In this document: positions 30,352 through 39,929 of the stretch, piece by piece
Layout of the letters: each line of letters opens with the position of its first letter
Numbering within the stretch: position 1 is the first letter of the stretch
Source: an uncultured Polaromonas sp.
Lineage (GTDB): Bacteria > Pseudomonadota > Gammaproteobacteria > Burkholderiales > Burkholderiaceae_C
NCBI GenBank assembly: GCA_964575005.1
Contig: CAZNQE010000003.1
Coordinates: 1,991 to 65,990 of the forward strand
DNA length: 64,000 nucleotides
Reading direction: 5' to 3'
Translations under genes and position numbers: made by a program
The notes under the pieces: generated by a model
The model's input: the letters and a program-made list of their open reading frames with translations, nothing else
Told to the model about the DNA's origin: nothing
Database searches by the model: none

Positions 30352-32295
30352 TTAGAGCGTGAACTTCTCGACTTCGCGCCGGGTGGCGTCAGCAATCTTG
30401 GAGAGTTCCATCACGGTTTCAGTGATCTGCTCGGACGCCGCCGCGTTGCTGCGGGCAATGCTGTCCACGCTGGTCAGGTTCGCATTGATTTCCTCGACCG
30501 CCGTGCTTTGCTGCTCCAGCGCGGCAGAGATGCGCTGCAGCATTGAATCGGTTTCTTGCGATCCACTTTCAATGCGTGCCATGTCGGCGCTGACTTCTTG
30601 CACGGCCAGCACCGCCAGGCGCGTTTCGGCCACGGCCTGTTGGACCAGCTGTGCAATCTCCTGCGAGCTCTCGGCGCTGTTCATGGCCAGCTTGCCGACT
30701 TCGTCTGCCACCACGGCAAAGCCCTTGCCGTGTTCGCCTGCACGCGCCGCCTCGATGGCGGCGTTCAGCGACAGCAAGTTGGTCTTGTTGGCAATCTTTT
30801 CGATCACTTCCGTGATCTTGTTGATCTTTTCCGAGTTCGAGGCAATGTTGTTCACCACCTCGACCATGTGCGCCATCTTGCGCATGCCGTCCCGCACGAT
30901 GGCCACCGATTCCTTGGATTTCTGGCTCGCCACTTCGGTGTTGCGCGACACGTCCGACACCGAGGTGACGGTCTGGCGCACCGCGGTGGTGACCTGGCTC
31001 AGGGCGTGCGTCTGATTGAGCGCGCCGTCAGAGATCTGGCCAATCGCCTGGCTTGACTGCGCCGAAGCCGTAGCCACCTGGCGCGCATTGCCATTGATGG
31101 TCCGCATCGTGCTGGCCACGGCGTCCAGCGACAAGTTGATGTTGTGCTTGAGCGTTTGCAGATCGCCATTGCCATTGGCCTGGACGCGCTGGCCCAGTTG
31201 GCCTTGCGCCACGCCTTGCATGACCTGGCCCACATCGCCCAGCATGCTGCGCAGCGAGCCCATGGCCGCCGCCGCCTGCGCCATGGCGCGCCCGTATTCG
31301 CCTTGCAGTGACGTATCCGCGGCTGCCGAAAAGTTACCGTGTTCCAGCGCCTGCATCAGGGCGTTCAGCCCGTCCATGGTGGACTTGACGCTTTGCGCCG
31401 ATTCATTGACGGCGGTCTTCATGACGCCCATGTCGCCCTTGAGCGGCGTGACGATGCGCCGGCTGAAGTCGCCCACAGCCACCGCACCCACCACCGAGTT
31501 CACCTCTTGCACGGCGCTTTGCAAGGTGCTGATTAGGTTGTTGAAGGACTCGGCGGTCTGGCCGACTTCGTCTGTGGCCGTGACGCTGACGCGGCGCGAA
31601 AAATCAGCCGTGGCTTCGATGTCGGCAATTTGCGCCTGCATGCTGCGCAGCGGGCGCGAGATCTTTTGGCCGGCCACGTAGGCCAGTGCCAGGCCGATCA
31701 GGATGGCCAGCAGCAAAGCGCCTGCCTGCACGGTTTCCAGCCAGGTCATGCGCTTGTCCATGGCCGTCTGGTCACGGCTGGCGGCAATCCGGCTGGCAGC
31801 GCTGGTGCCTTGCAGTGTGACGATCAACTGGTCATAAACCTTGTCGGCGTCCTGCATCATCATGGCGCCCAGGTTGGTGTCCGAAGTGGCGGCGTCGTAG
31901 GCCTCGGCAACCGCCTTTTCGTAGCTCTTGAGCAAAGGCAACATGGCCTGAATTTCGGCTTGTGACGATGCCGCGATAGACCGGTCGGCTTCATCCAGCG
32001 CGGTCATCTGCTGCGTCATCAGGTCGGCGGCAGATTGCTCGGCTTTTTCGCTTTTGAGGTTCAGCAGCGCCAGGCTGCGGTAGGCCGCCGCGTGGGTGGC
32101 GTTCACGGTCGCCTCGGTCTCTTGCGCAATCCGCTCGGTGGCCACCGAGCCTTTGAGCAGGTCTTCCACGCCGCGCTGGAAAGCCACCATGTTCATGTGG
32201 CTGAAGACGCCGAACGCGAGCAGCAGCACCGCAACAATCACGGGAGCCACCATCAGTTTGGTGCCGATGCGAGTCTTTTTTGCGGAGGAGGTCAT
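30352..32295 (-). CDS. Methyl-accepting chemotaxis protein (helical periplasmic sensor, poly-HAMP)
   Basis: Two TMs, HAMP repeats, MCP signalling core. Confidence 0.92.
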   Translation of the reverse strand: MTSSAKKTRIGTKLMVAPVIVAVLLLAFGVFSHMNMVAFQRGVEDLLKGSVATERIAQETEATVNATHAAAYRSLALLNLKSEKAEQSAADLMTQQMTALDEADRSIAASSQAEIQAMLPLLKSYEKAVAEAYDAATSDTNLGAMMMQDADKVYDQLIVTLQGTSAASRIAASRDQTAMDKRMTWLETVQAGALLLAILIGLALAYVAGQKISRPLRSMQAQIADIEATADFSRRVSVTATDEVGQTAESFNNLISTLQSAVQEVNSVVGAVAVGDFSRRIVTPLKGDMGVMKTAVNESAQSVKSTMDGLNALMQALEHGNFSAAADTSLQGEYGRAMAQAAAAMGSLRSMLGDVGQVMQGVAQGQLGQRVQANGNGDLQTLKHNINLSLDAVASTMRTINGNARQVATASAQSSQAIGQISDGALNQTHALSQVTTAVRQTVTSVSDVSRNTEVASQKSKESVAIVRDGMRKMAHMVEVVNNIASNSEKINKITEVIEKIANKTNLLSLNAAIEAARAGEHGKGFAVVADEVGKLAMNSAESSQEIAQLVQQAVAETRLAVLAVQEVSADMARIESGSQETDSMLQRISAALEQQSTAVEEINANLTSVDSIARSNAAASEQITETVMELSKIADATRREVEKFTL

Positions 32296-32320
32296 GGATT
32301 ACCAGGAAAACAGTGCGACA

Positions 32321-32342
32321 AAGCCCCGCCTAGGCGGGGCTT
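32321..32342. terminator. Perfect 22-bp GC-rich palindrome between the Cache gene and the MCP
   Basis: AAGCCCCGCCTAGGCGGGGCTT; only a short T-tract follows on the minus strand, so it may be a partial terminator or an mRNA stabiliser. Confidence 0.5.
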
Positions 32343-32382
32343 CAAGAACAGGCGAGGGCCGGAAGACGGCCGCTGAAAAGCT

Positions 32383-32847
32383 TTACTTGTAAACGCCGCC
32401 GCACACCGCGACGTTGTTCACTTTTTCGCAGTACATCTGCTTGGGCTGGACGGTCTTGGTCAGCGGATCGGTGAACTTGTAGTCTTGCCAGAACTTGCCC
32501 TTGGACGCGGCGAGTTCCACGCGCTCCTTGACGAACTCCTTGCCGTCCGGGTCCTTGAGGTTCATCAGGTCTTTACCCACTTGCTTGGGGTTCTGGCCGT
32601 GCGCCAGGCATTTGCCGTTCATGTCGTACACCACCAGGTAAAGGTCGCGGTCGGCGTAAGTCTTGTTGGGGGCCGTCATGTCGAGGTAGACCGCGTCGCC
32701 TTTGGCTTTGAGCGCGGCAACGCCTTTGGCGACCATCGCCTCAGCATCGGCCTTGGTGGCGCGCTCACCGGCGGCAAAAGCCAGGCCGGCGCTCAGGGCA
32801 AAGCTGGCCAGCAGCGTCTTGGAAAGCAGATTTTTAATAGTTGTCAT
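32383..32847 (-). CDS. Stand-alone exported single Cache domain protein
   Basis: Signal peptide (AFA-AG); YLVVYD..G..LAH, VGKDLMNLKDPDGKEFV, YKFTDP, KQMY, CGGVY. Confidence 0.85.
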   Translation of the reverse strand: MTTIKNLLSKTLLASFALSAGLAFAAGERATKADAEAMVAKGVAALKAKGDAVYLDMTAPNKTYADRDLYLVVYDMNGKCLAHGQNPKQVGKDLMNLKDPDGKEFVKERVELAASKGKFWQDYKFTDPLTKTVQPKQMYCEKVNNVAVCGGVYK

Positions 32848-32974
32848 GGGGTCTCGTTGTTGTGTTGATATTTGACGAGCGCGACTTTACCTTACAACGA
32901 TTAAAAAGTTTGTAATGTTTGAATTGAAGGAATTCGCTGGAAATAAATTTCCTGGGCGTAAAATTAAATTTCCA

Positions 32975-33832
32975 ATGATCTTCACCGTCCTGCAAACCGC
33001 GCTGCTCAACTTGCGTGCCCAATGGCCTCAGCCGTGGCCTGGCTTGCCGCAGGTGCTCGACGGCTGCCTGCAGCAGTTGGGCCATGCGCAGGGCCGCCCG
33101 GCCGCCACCAAGGCGGTGCCAGTGCTCGCTTGCATGCAGGCATTGGCTCAGCTGATTGAAGAGGACGGCGTCAAGCGCCACAGCCAAGGCCTGGAGCCTG
33201 CGTACCACAACCGTTTGCACATGGCCGATGCGCTGGTCGCGCTGACGGTGCTGCTGCTGGAAACCCGCAAGGACGTGGCCACTTCGGCTGCTACCGTCGC
33301 CATGGCCAGGCCGGCACACGCCGAATGGCTGGCCATGCTGGCCATGCTCGGACACGACTATCTGCATGACGGCAGCGTCAACAAGACCCCGAGTGAGCTC
33401 GAATGGCGCTCGGTGCGCAAGCTTCAGCCGCTCATGGCGCAGCACGGTATGTCGGCCGCTGACGCAGAGATCGTCAAGCACCTGATCCTGAGCACTGATC
33501 CCAGCGTTGTTCCGGCATCGCACCAGAAAATCGCCCATCGCCCGTTTTTGATTGACGACCTCGACTGCCTGACCGTGCTGGTGCAAGAAGCCGACATTTT
33601 GGCCAGCAGCCTGCCGGATGTGGGTCAGGCGCTGACACAGCAACTGGCGCAAGAGTGGGCCTTGTTCGATGCACCACGCGCAGCGCAGGTGCTCACGCCC
33701 AAAGGCCGCCTTGGCTTTTTGCGCTTTGGTGCGCTGTTCTCTAGCCCGGCCAGTCAGCGCTTGGGCCTGAGCGCGCTGCGCGCCGCGCAAATTTCCAGCC
33801 TTGAGGCTGACCTGCTCACCACCACCGCCTGA
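32975..33832 (+). CDS. HD-domain protein with class I (eukaryote-type) 3',5'-cyclic nucleotide phosphodiesterase motifs
   Basis: YHNRLHMAD, HDYLHDGSVN, SELE, LILSTD, EADI, EW, GFL occur in the order of the PDEase_I motifs; start taken as MIFTV at 32975. Confidence 0.75.
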   Translation: MIFTVLQTALLNLRAQWPQPWPGLPQVLDGCLQQLGHAQGRPAATKAVPVLACMQALAQLIEEDGVKRHSQGLEPAYHNRLHMADALVALTVLLLETRKDVATSAATVAMARPAHAEWLAMLAMLGHDYLHDGSVNKTPSELEWRSVRKLQPLMAQHGMSAADAEIVKHLILSTDPSVVPASHQKIAHRPFLIDDLDCLTVLVQEADILASSLPDVGQALTQQLAQEWALFDAPRAAQVLTPKGRLGFLRFGALFSSPASQRLGLSALRAAQISSLEADLLTTTA

Positions 33833-33841
33833 CCGGCCCGC

Positions 33842-35059
33842 ATGGACTCATCCACCGCCCGTGTGCGCAGGCCACAGCCTCTGGACCCGAATTCCCCCAC
33901 GCCGCGGGTTGATGCCGCTGAGCGCTTTTTTTATTCGCAAAGCAAGCAGCCCGTGGGTTTTGTGCTGTCTGACCTGGCCAAGCAACTGGAGATGGAGCTG
34001 GCGGAGGCCCTTGAGCTGCTTGTCAGCAATGGCATTGAGTTGCCCAAGTCCCAGGAAGCGGATGCGGGTGAGGCAGCCGCCGAGCCTGCTGCTCGCAGCC
34101 CGGCAGCAGAACCGGCCCGTTCCCGGCTGACGGCTGCACCCGTGCAGGCGCCAGCACCCGCACCAGCGGCTGCGCCAGTCGCCAGGCCCGCTGCGCTCAA
34201 GCCCAGCAAAGCCCCGATCAATGCGGGCGAAACCATCGAATACGAAGACGGCCAGGTGCTCTTCAACAAGGGTGACCAGGCCAAGCACCTGGCGATTATT
34301 TTGGAAGGTTCGGTCGAGGTCTTTGACCCGGCCGACAACAAAGTGCTGGCCACGCTGGGCGTGGGCGCATCCTTTGGCGAGATGGCCATTTTGGAGGGCG
34401 GCGTGCGCGGCGCCTCTGTGCGCGCTGCCGGCAAAATCAAGTGCATCGAGATCCGGACTGAACCCTTGCGCGCCATTCTCAAGGCCGACACCGGCCTTCT
34501 GGTGCCCACCATGGAAGGCTTGCTGCTTCAGCAAAGCATGGCCAACAACCTGAGCCGCTTGCTCAAGCAAGGCTCCGACGGGGCTTTGGGCTACGAGATC
34601 ATGGGTGACCAGAACATGAACTCGGTGCAGCTGCAACGCAAGCTGAACGACGCCTACGCCAACCCCGACACCCACGGCCTGAATGCCGAGCAGCTGATGT
34701 ACCTGAAGTTGCAGGCCACGGCCCGCCTGCCCACCAGCTTGTACCGTGCGGGGCGCACTTTGTGCAGCCCGCAGCAAGAGCACGAGGGCGATGCCTTTGT
34801 GCTGGTCGAAGGCGCGGTCGAAGCCACGCTGGGCGGTCGCTCGGTGCGCTTGGGCCACGGCAGTATCTTGGGCCTGGCTGAAGGCATCACGGGCGCGCCT
34901 TACGCCTGGACCTCGATCGCGCTGGAAGACGTCACCGTCAAAACCATTCCCATGGACAAGGTGCTGCGCGACCTGGAGCGCGCCAACTCCGGCATTGCCG
35001 GCATCGTGCGCTACACCACCTCACGCATTCTTGAACTGCAGACCGCGCTGGCGGGCTGA
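33842..35059 (+). CDS. Tandem cyclic-nucleotide-binding domain protein
   Basis: CNB-A with phosphate-binding cassette FGEMAILEGGVRGASV; second, degenerate CNB (LVEGAV...GSILG); small helical N-domain and Pro/Ala linker; no CRP-type C-terminal HTH. Confidence 0.82.
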   Translation: MDSSTARVRRPQPLDPNSPTPRVDAAERFFYSQSKQPVGFVLSDLAKQLEMELAEALELLVSNGIELPKSQEADAGEAAAEPAARSPAAEPARSRLTAAPVQAPAPAPAAAPVARPAALKPSKAPINAGETIEYEDGQVLFNKGDQAKHLAIILEGSVEVFDPADNKVLATLGVGASFGEMAILEGGVRGASVRAAGKIKCIEIRTEPLRAILKADTGLLVPTMEGLLLQQSMANNLSRLLKQGSDGALGYEIMGDQNMNSVQLQRKLNDAYANPDTHGLNAEQLMYLKLQATARLPTSLYRAGRTLCSPQQEHEGDAFVLVEGAVEATLGGRSVRLGHGSILGLAEGITGAPYAWTSIALEDVTVKTIPMDKVLRDLERANSGIAGIVRYTTSRILELQTALAG

Positions 35060-35070
35060 GCCCAAACGCC

Positions 35071-37695
35071 TTAAGACGTGATCGGCAGCGTCACGATAAA
35101 GCTGGTGCCCACCCCGACTTCAGATTCGCAATCGATGGTGCCGCCCATCTTGGTGACGATGCTGCGCACCATCGCCAAGCCCAGGCCCGTGCCTTTGCCC
35201 ACTTCCTTGGTCGTGAAAAACGGCTCAAAAATGCGGGGCAGGGTGGCCGCCGGAATGCCACTGCCGTTGTCGATCACGGCCACGCGCACCTTGTCAGCCT
35301 GAAAGCGCGAGACGTACAAAATGATGCGGCCGTCGCGCCGTTCGCCAATGGCGTGGCTGGCGTTCACGCACAGATTGACCAGCACCTGCTGCAAGCTGCC
35401 GCTGTCGCCCGTCAGCACCACCCGCGCCGCATCGGCTGACGCATGCTCGATGGCAATGTCGATGCCCTTGAGCGTGGCTTGCAGCAACGACTGGGTTTCG
35501 TCTATCAAAGGCGCGAGTTCAAAGGCCTCGATCACCTCTTCGGTGTTGATCTGATCGCGCCCCAGCCCGTTGAGCTTGATCACGATGTCACGCGCACGCG
35601 TGGTCGCCTGCAAGATCGCGCTCAGGTTTTTGGTGGCGTTGGATTCCGGCCCGACCTTCATCTCGACCAATTCGGCATGGTTTTGAATCATGCCCAGCAG
35701 GTTGTTGAAGTCATGCGCCACACCAGCGGCCAGCTGGCCCAGCGCGTCCAGGCGCTGAGACTGCTCGATCTGCTGGACCATGCGCACGTTCTCGGCTTCT
35801 TTTTCCTTGATCTCGCGCATGTCCTTGAGCGTGATGACCGCGCCGCTGATCAGCCCGGCAGAACTGCGCAAGGGCGCCGCCGTCAGCACCACCGGGATGG
35901 AGTCTTCGTCCTTGCGCGTGAGCTTCCACTCCACGTTCTGATTGGTCTTCATGGCCACGGCCTTGAGCTCTTCGATGCTCAGGCCCAGGCAGACCATGGT
36001 CCAGGTCTGGTTGCCCACGCCCAGGCGCTGGAAGCTCGACGCAATCGACACGCTGCTCGAATCGCCCTTGAACCAATTCACCACCGGCGCATCGGCCGCG
36101 TTGTCCAGCGATGGGTCGGCAATGAAGGCGTTCAAGTGCGCCAGGTCAGCGGCGCCCAACACGCAGTCTGAAAACGATTGTTCCAGCACCGAATCTTCGT
36201 CCACGCCCAGCAGCTGGCAGGCCGACACGTTGATAAAGCGCAGGTTGTGATGCGCGTCAAAACCCAGCACCGGCTGCGGTAGCTCCCGCAGCAGCAACCA
36301 GAAGTTGTCGGGGTCGTTGTCCCGGATGTCCTGCATCACCGCGCTGTGATTGGCCGGAATCCAGTTCGGGAAATCGCGCTTGGGCACGCCTTCAATGAAC
36401 AGCTGGTGAATGGAACGCCCGACGATGCTCGACTTGCCGCGGCTCAGCAGGTCCAGCGATTTGGGGTTGGCGTTGACCACCAGGCCATTGCGGTCGATCT
36501 GGAGCACGCCGTCCTGCATGGCCTCCATGGTTTTTTCCAGCACGCTGTGCTGCTGACGAATTTCGTCGTTTTTGCGCACCAGCGAAGACACGTCATACAG
36601 ATTGATCACGGTCTGGGTCATCAAGCCTTCGGCGTCAAACCGGCAGTTGGCGCTGACGCGCACCGGCGTGCTGTTCGGGCGACTGGCGTGCTTGAGTCGG
36701 GCCAGTACGGCGTCTTCATCGTCGCTTTCGATCAGCGCGCTCAATGCCGTGGCCCGCACCACTTGCCAAGGCAGGTCCGCGTCGGCAGCACTCAGGAAGA
36801 CCAGGCCGCCGCCGTTGTCATCGGGTTCCGTGCCCGTCCAGTACACGTCCAGGTTCACGCGGCTTTGGTCTTTGCGCAACAAGGGCAATTGAAGGCTGAC
36901 GTTGCCGGCGCGTGCCATGCCCTCGGGCAGCAAATCGCCAAGCTTGCGGGCGCGCAGCTCGGCGCCTGTAAAGCCGGTGAGCTGACGGGCGCGCGGGTTG
37001 GACATCACGATGCCGCCCTGAGCGTCAAGCCTGAGACAGGCCAGCGGCGTGTGCATGAGCATGTCGGCCACGGCCTGGGGGTTGGCTCGCTCAAGCGCGC
37101 TCAGTCGGCTGCCCAGGTCCTTGAAAAAAGCGGACAGCAACAGCGGCTCGGCGTCAAAGAAGTTCTGGCAAGGCTGACCCAGCAGCGCGCTGCGCGGCTG
37201 GCCGGTCAGGGCCTCCAGCGCCGGATTGCAGTCCTGCACCTGGCCCTGGCTGTCCAGCACCATGAGTCCGCTTTGAATCGACGACAAGATGCCGTTGACG
37301 TACTGGATTTTTTCTTCCAGAAAGCCTTGGCTGCGTTGCAGCTCGGTCTTTTTCTGGCGCAGGCGATTCCGCCCGGCCCGCACGCGCATCGGCTCCGTGA
37401 TGCGGCGCAGCCAAAGCCCCGCCAGAATGACCAGCACCAGCACGCCGGTCAAGGCCAGCAGGGTCAGGGTCAGTTCGTTTTGCAAGCGCTGCTGCGCCGT
37501 CATCGCCGCCACAAATTCAAGCCCACTGCCGCCCAGGCGGGTCTGCCATTCGGTCAGCACCGCTTGCGACAGCGCCAGTGCACGCCACTCCCACCAGGCC
37601 ACCAGTGCCAGCAAAAAGGGCAGGGCCACGGCCACTGAGAGGGCAACGCGCGCTGCGATAGGAAGGGTGGCTTGCTTGAAAAATATCGGTTTCAT
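35071..37695 (-). CDS. Membrane-bound multi-PAS sensor histidine kinase
   Basis: Two TMs, several PAS segments, H-box AHDFNNLL, NLCVNA, DNGSG, FEPFFTTK, GTGLGL; no receiver. Confidence 0.92.
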   Translation of the reverse strand: MKPIFFKQATLPIAARVALSVAVALPFLLALVAWWEWRALALSQAVLTEWQTRLGGSGLEFVAAMTAQQRLQNELTLTLLALTGVLVLVILAGLWLRRITEPMRVRAGRNRLRQKKTELQRSQGFLEEKIQYVNGILSSIQSGLMVLDSQGQVQDCNPALEALTGQPRSALLGQPCQNFFDAEPLLLSAFFKDLGSRLSALERANPQAVADMLMHTPLACLRLDAQGGIVMSNPRARQLTGFTGAELRARKLGDLLPEGMARAGNVSLQLPLLRKDQSRVNLDVYWTGTEPDDNGGGLVFLSAADADLPWQVVRATALSALIESDDEDAVLARLKHASRPNSTPVRVSANCRFDAEGLMTQTVINLYDVSSLVRKNDEIRQQHSVLEKTMEAMQDGVLQIDRNGLVVNANPKSLDLLSRGKSSIVGRSIHQLFIEGVPKRDFPNWIPANHSAVMQDIRDNDPDNFWLLLRELPQPVLGFDAHHNLRFINVSACQLLGVDEDSVLEQSFSDCVLGAADLAHLNAFIADPSLDNAADAPVVNWFKGDSSSVSIASSFQRLGVGNQTWTMVCLGLSIEELKAVAMKTNQNVEWKLTRKDEDSIPVVLTAAPLRSSAGLISGAVITLKDMREIKEKEAENVRMVQQIEQSQRLDALGQLAAGVAHDFNNLLGMIQNHAELVEMKVGPESNATKNLSAILQATTRARDIVIKLNGLGRDQINTEEVIEAFELAPLIDETQSLLQATLKGIDIAIEHASADAARVVLTGDSGSLQQVLVNLCVNASHAIGERRDGRIILYVSRFQADKVRVAVIDNGSGIPAATLPRIFEPFFTTKEVGKGTGLGLAMVRSIVTKMGGTIDCESEVGVGTSFIVTLPITS

Positions 37696-37865
37696 CGGCT
37701 TTTTAGACTGGCTCTCAAGTCGTTAAACACGCTTAGAGCGTTAGATAAGCTTGATTAAACCGCAAATATCATTTCAAAGATGAGGTTCAGTTTATGATGG
37801 CGCCTATTTGCTCGGCATTGCGCCCGAGCTGCACGCGGCTGTACTGCGCATTTTGAGGACTACGG

Positions 37866-38240
37866 ATGACGACGATTCTTTTGGTAGATGACGAAGACCT
37901 GTTGCGCGAGGGCGTGAGGGAAATTCTTGAAATCGGCGGCTATTCGGTGATTGAAGCCAGCGACGGCCTGCAGGCGCTGCAACTCTTTGCGGTCTCGAAT
38001 GTGGATCTGGTGATCACTGATGTGGTCATGCCCAACATGGACGGCGTGGATTTTGTGACCAAGCTGCGCGAGACCTTTCCGCTGGTGCCCATCCTCACGA
38101 TTTCTGGCGGCAGCCGCGTGGTGAGTGCGCGTTTTGGCCTGGACTCGGCCTTGCTGTCGGGGGCCAACGCCAGCCTGACCAAGCCCTTCAATGCCAAGCA
38201 ATTGCTTGAAAAAGTGGCACAGCTCCTGGCCGAAATCTGA
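37866..38240 (+). CDS. Single-domain response regulator
   Basis: LVDD, TDVVMP, ISG, KPF. Confidence 0.92.
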   Translation: MTTILLVDDEDLLREGVREILEIGGYSVIEASDGLQALQLFAVSNVDLVITDVVMPNMDGVDFVTKLRETFPLVPILTISGGSRVVSARFGLDSALLSGANASLTKPFNAKQLLEKVAQLLAEI

Positions 38241-38250
38241 CGGCTGAACC

Positions 38251-39402
38251 GTGAAGCCTCTAGATTTGATCGAGCGCGGCGCCACGTCAGTGGAGCCTCC
38301 TGAGCTGGGTGGCGAAGCCCGTGGCCTGGCGCACGCCCGCGTGCTGCTGGTGGACGACAGCCGCCTGATCCGCATGGGTCTACGCCGCTCGCTGGAATCC
38401 ATTGGCCTGAAAGACATCACCGAAGCCAATCACGGCAAGGAAGCCATCGAGATGCTGGCGCGCCAGCCCTTTGACCTGATGCTGCTGGACATGGAAATGC
38501 CCGAGATGAACGGGCTTGAAGTGCTGCAGGTGCTGCGCGATTCTCCGCATCATCCGTGGCCGCCGGTCATCGTGATTTCGGGCGGTACCGGCATTGACGA
38601 TGCGGTGCGCTGCATTGAACTCGGTGCCGAGGATTACCTGCCCAAGCCATTTAACCCGGTGTTGTTGCGCGCCCGTGTGACAACCTCGGTGGACAAAAAA
38701 CAGCTGCGCGACCAGGACGCCCTGCGCATGCGCCAGCTCAAGCGCCAGCACGAAGCGCTGAGCGAAGAAAAAGCCAAGACCGAAGAGCTGCTGCTCAACA
38801 TTTTGCCGGGCAGCATTGCCAAGCGCCTCAAAGCTGGCGAAGAGCACATTGCTGACGCCTGCCCCGCTGTGAGCGTGCTGTTTGCCGACATGGTCGGCTT
38901 CACCGCCATGTCGCGCACCATGTCAGCCAGCGAGTTGGTCAAGTTGCTGGGCGACTTGTTTTCGCGCTTTGACTTGATCACGGAAAAGCACGGCCTTGAA
39001 AAAATCAAAACCATCGGCGACTGCTACATGATGGCCGGCGGCGTGCCTGTGGCGCGCGACGACCACGCCCTGGCCGTCACACGCGCGGCCATGGACATGG
39101 TCAAAGCGCTCAAGGAATTGCATGAGCGCACAGGCGGCGCCTTGAACATGCGCATCGGCATTCACAGTGGCCCCCTGGTGGCTGGCGTGATCGGCATCCG
39201 CAAGTTCACTTACGACCTGTGGGGCGACACCGTCAACGTGGCCAGCCGCATGGAGTCCACCGGCCAGGCCGGAAAAATTCATGTGTCGTCTTCAACTGCC
39301 GAGTTGCTGCAAGGCCACTTTGAGCTGGAGCCGCGCGGAATGATTGAAGTCAAGAGCCTGGGGCAGGTCGAGACCTTCTTTGTTGAGAGCAAAAAGCAAT
39401 GA
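38251..39402 (+). CDS. Receiver-class III adenylate cyclase
   Basis: REC (VDD, LLDMEMP, KPF), coiled coil, LLLNILP, FADMVGFT, EKIKTIGDCY, YDLWGDTVNVASRMES; the Lys/Asp specificity pair indicates ATP. Confidence 0.92.
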   Translation: MKPLDLIERGATSVEPPELGGEARGLAHARVLLVDDSRLIRMGLRRSLESIGLKDITEANHGKEAIEMLARQPFDLMLLDMEMPEMNGLEVLQVLRDSPHHPWPPVIVISGGTGIDDAVRCIELGAEDYLPKPFNPVLLRARVTTSVDKKQLRDQDALRMRQLKRQHEALSEEKAKTEELLLNILPGSIAKRLKAGEEHIADACPAVSVLFADMVGFTAMSRTMSASELVKLLGDLFSRFDLITEKHGLEKIKTIGDCYMMAGGVPVARDDHALAVTRAAMDMVKALKELHERTGGALNMRIGIHSGPLVAGVIGIRKFTYDLWGDTVNVASRMESTGQAGKIHVSSSTAELLQGHFELEPRGMIEVKSLGQVETFFVESKKQ

Positions 39403-39929
39403 GCAAACTCAAAATAACACCCACGAACAAAGAGCGCGTGATGCGGGAAGACGACCTCATCGTCTCCAAGACCGACCTCAAGGGTCGCATCACGTACGGC
39501 AACAAGACCTTCATCGAGTTTTCTGGACTCGATGAAAGCGAGTTGATCGGCATTCAGCACAACGTGATTCGCCACCCGGACATGCCACGCGCCGTGTTCC
39601 ACATGCTGTGGAGCGCCATCAAGGACGGCAGCGAAATCTTCGCCTACGTCAAGAACCTTTGCAGCGACGGCAGCTTTTACTGGGTGCTGGCCAACATCAC
39701 GCCGTCGGTGGATGCCAGTGGCGCGGTGCTGGGCTACTACTCGGTGCGCCGCAAGGCCAATCCCAAGGCCCTTGTCGTCATTGACCAGCTGTACCGGCAA
39801 ATGCTGGCCGAAGAGCAGCGCGCAGGCACGCGCGACGCCATTGAGGCGTCCACCCGTTTGATGACTTCGTTTATGAAAGAAAAAGGCAAGAGCTATGAAG
39901 ATCTGGTCCTCTCGCTTCAAGCGCTTTGA
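39399..39929 (+). CDS. Stand-alone Aer-type PAS protein (CetB-like)
   Basis: [41 protein letters not shown]: Aer FAD-PAS motifs. Confidence 0.88.
   Translation: MSKLKITPTNKERVMREDDLIVSKTDLKGRITYGNKTFIEFSGLDESELIGIQHNVIRHPDMPRAVFHMLWSAIKDGSEIFAYVKNLCSDGSFYWVLANITPSVDASGAVLGYYSVRRKANPKALVVIDQLYRQMLAEEQRAGTRDAIEASTRLMTSFMKEKGKSYEDLVLSLQAL

Noticed and set aside
32939-32952. Palindrome GGAAAT-AA-ATTTCC upstream of the PDE gene
   Set aside because: Short and in AT-rich DNA, with no second full copy seen; it could be chance.
32975-33832. HD-GYP c-di-GMP phosphodiesterase
   Set aside because: No HHExxDGxGYP motif; the motif order fits class I cNMP PDEs better.
38251-39402. Guanylate cyclase, or Pycsar/CBASS-type defence cyclase
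   Set aside because: Specificity residues are Lys (KIKT) and Asp (YDLW), not Glu/Cys. The REC fusion and che context indicate signalling, and the CNB protein has no TM or TIR effector.
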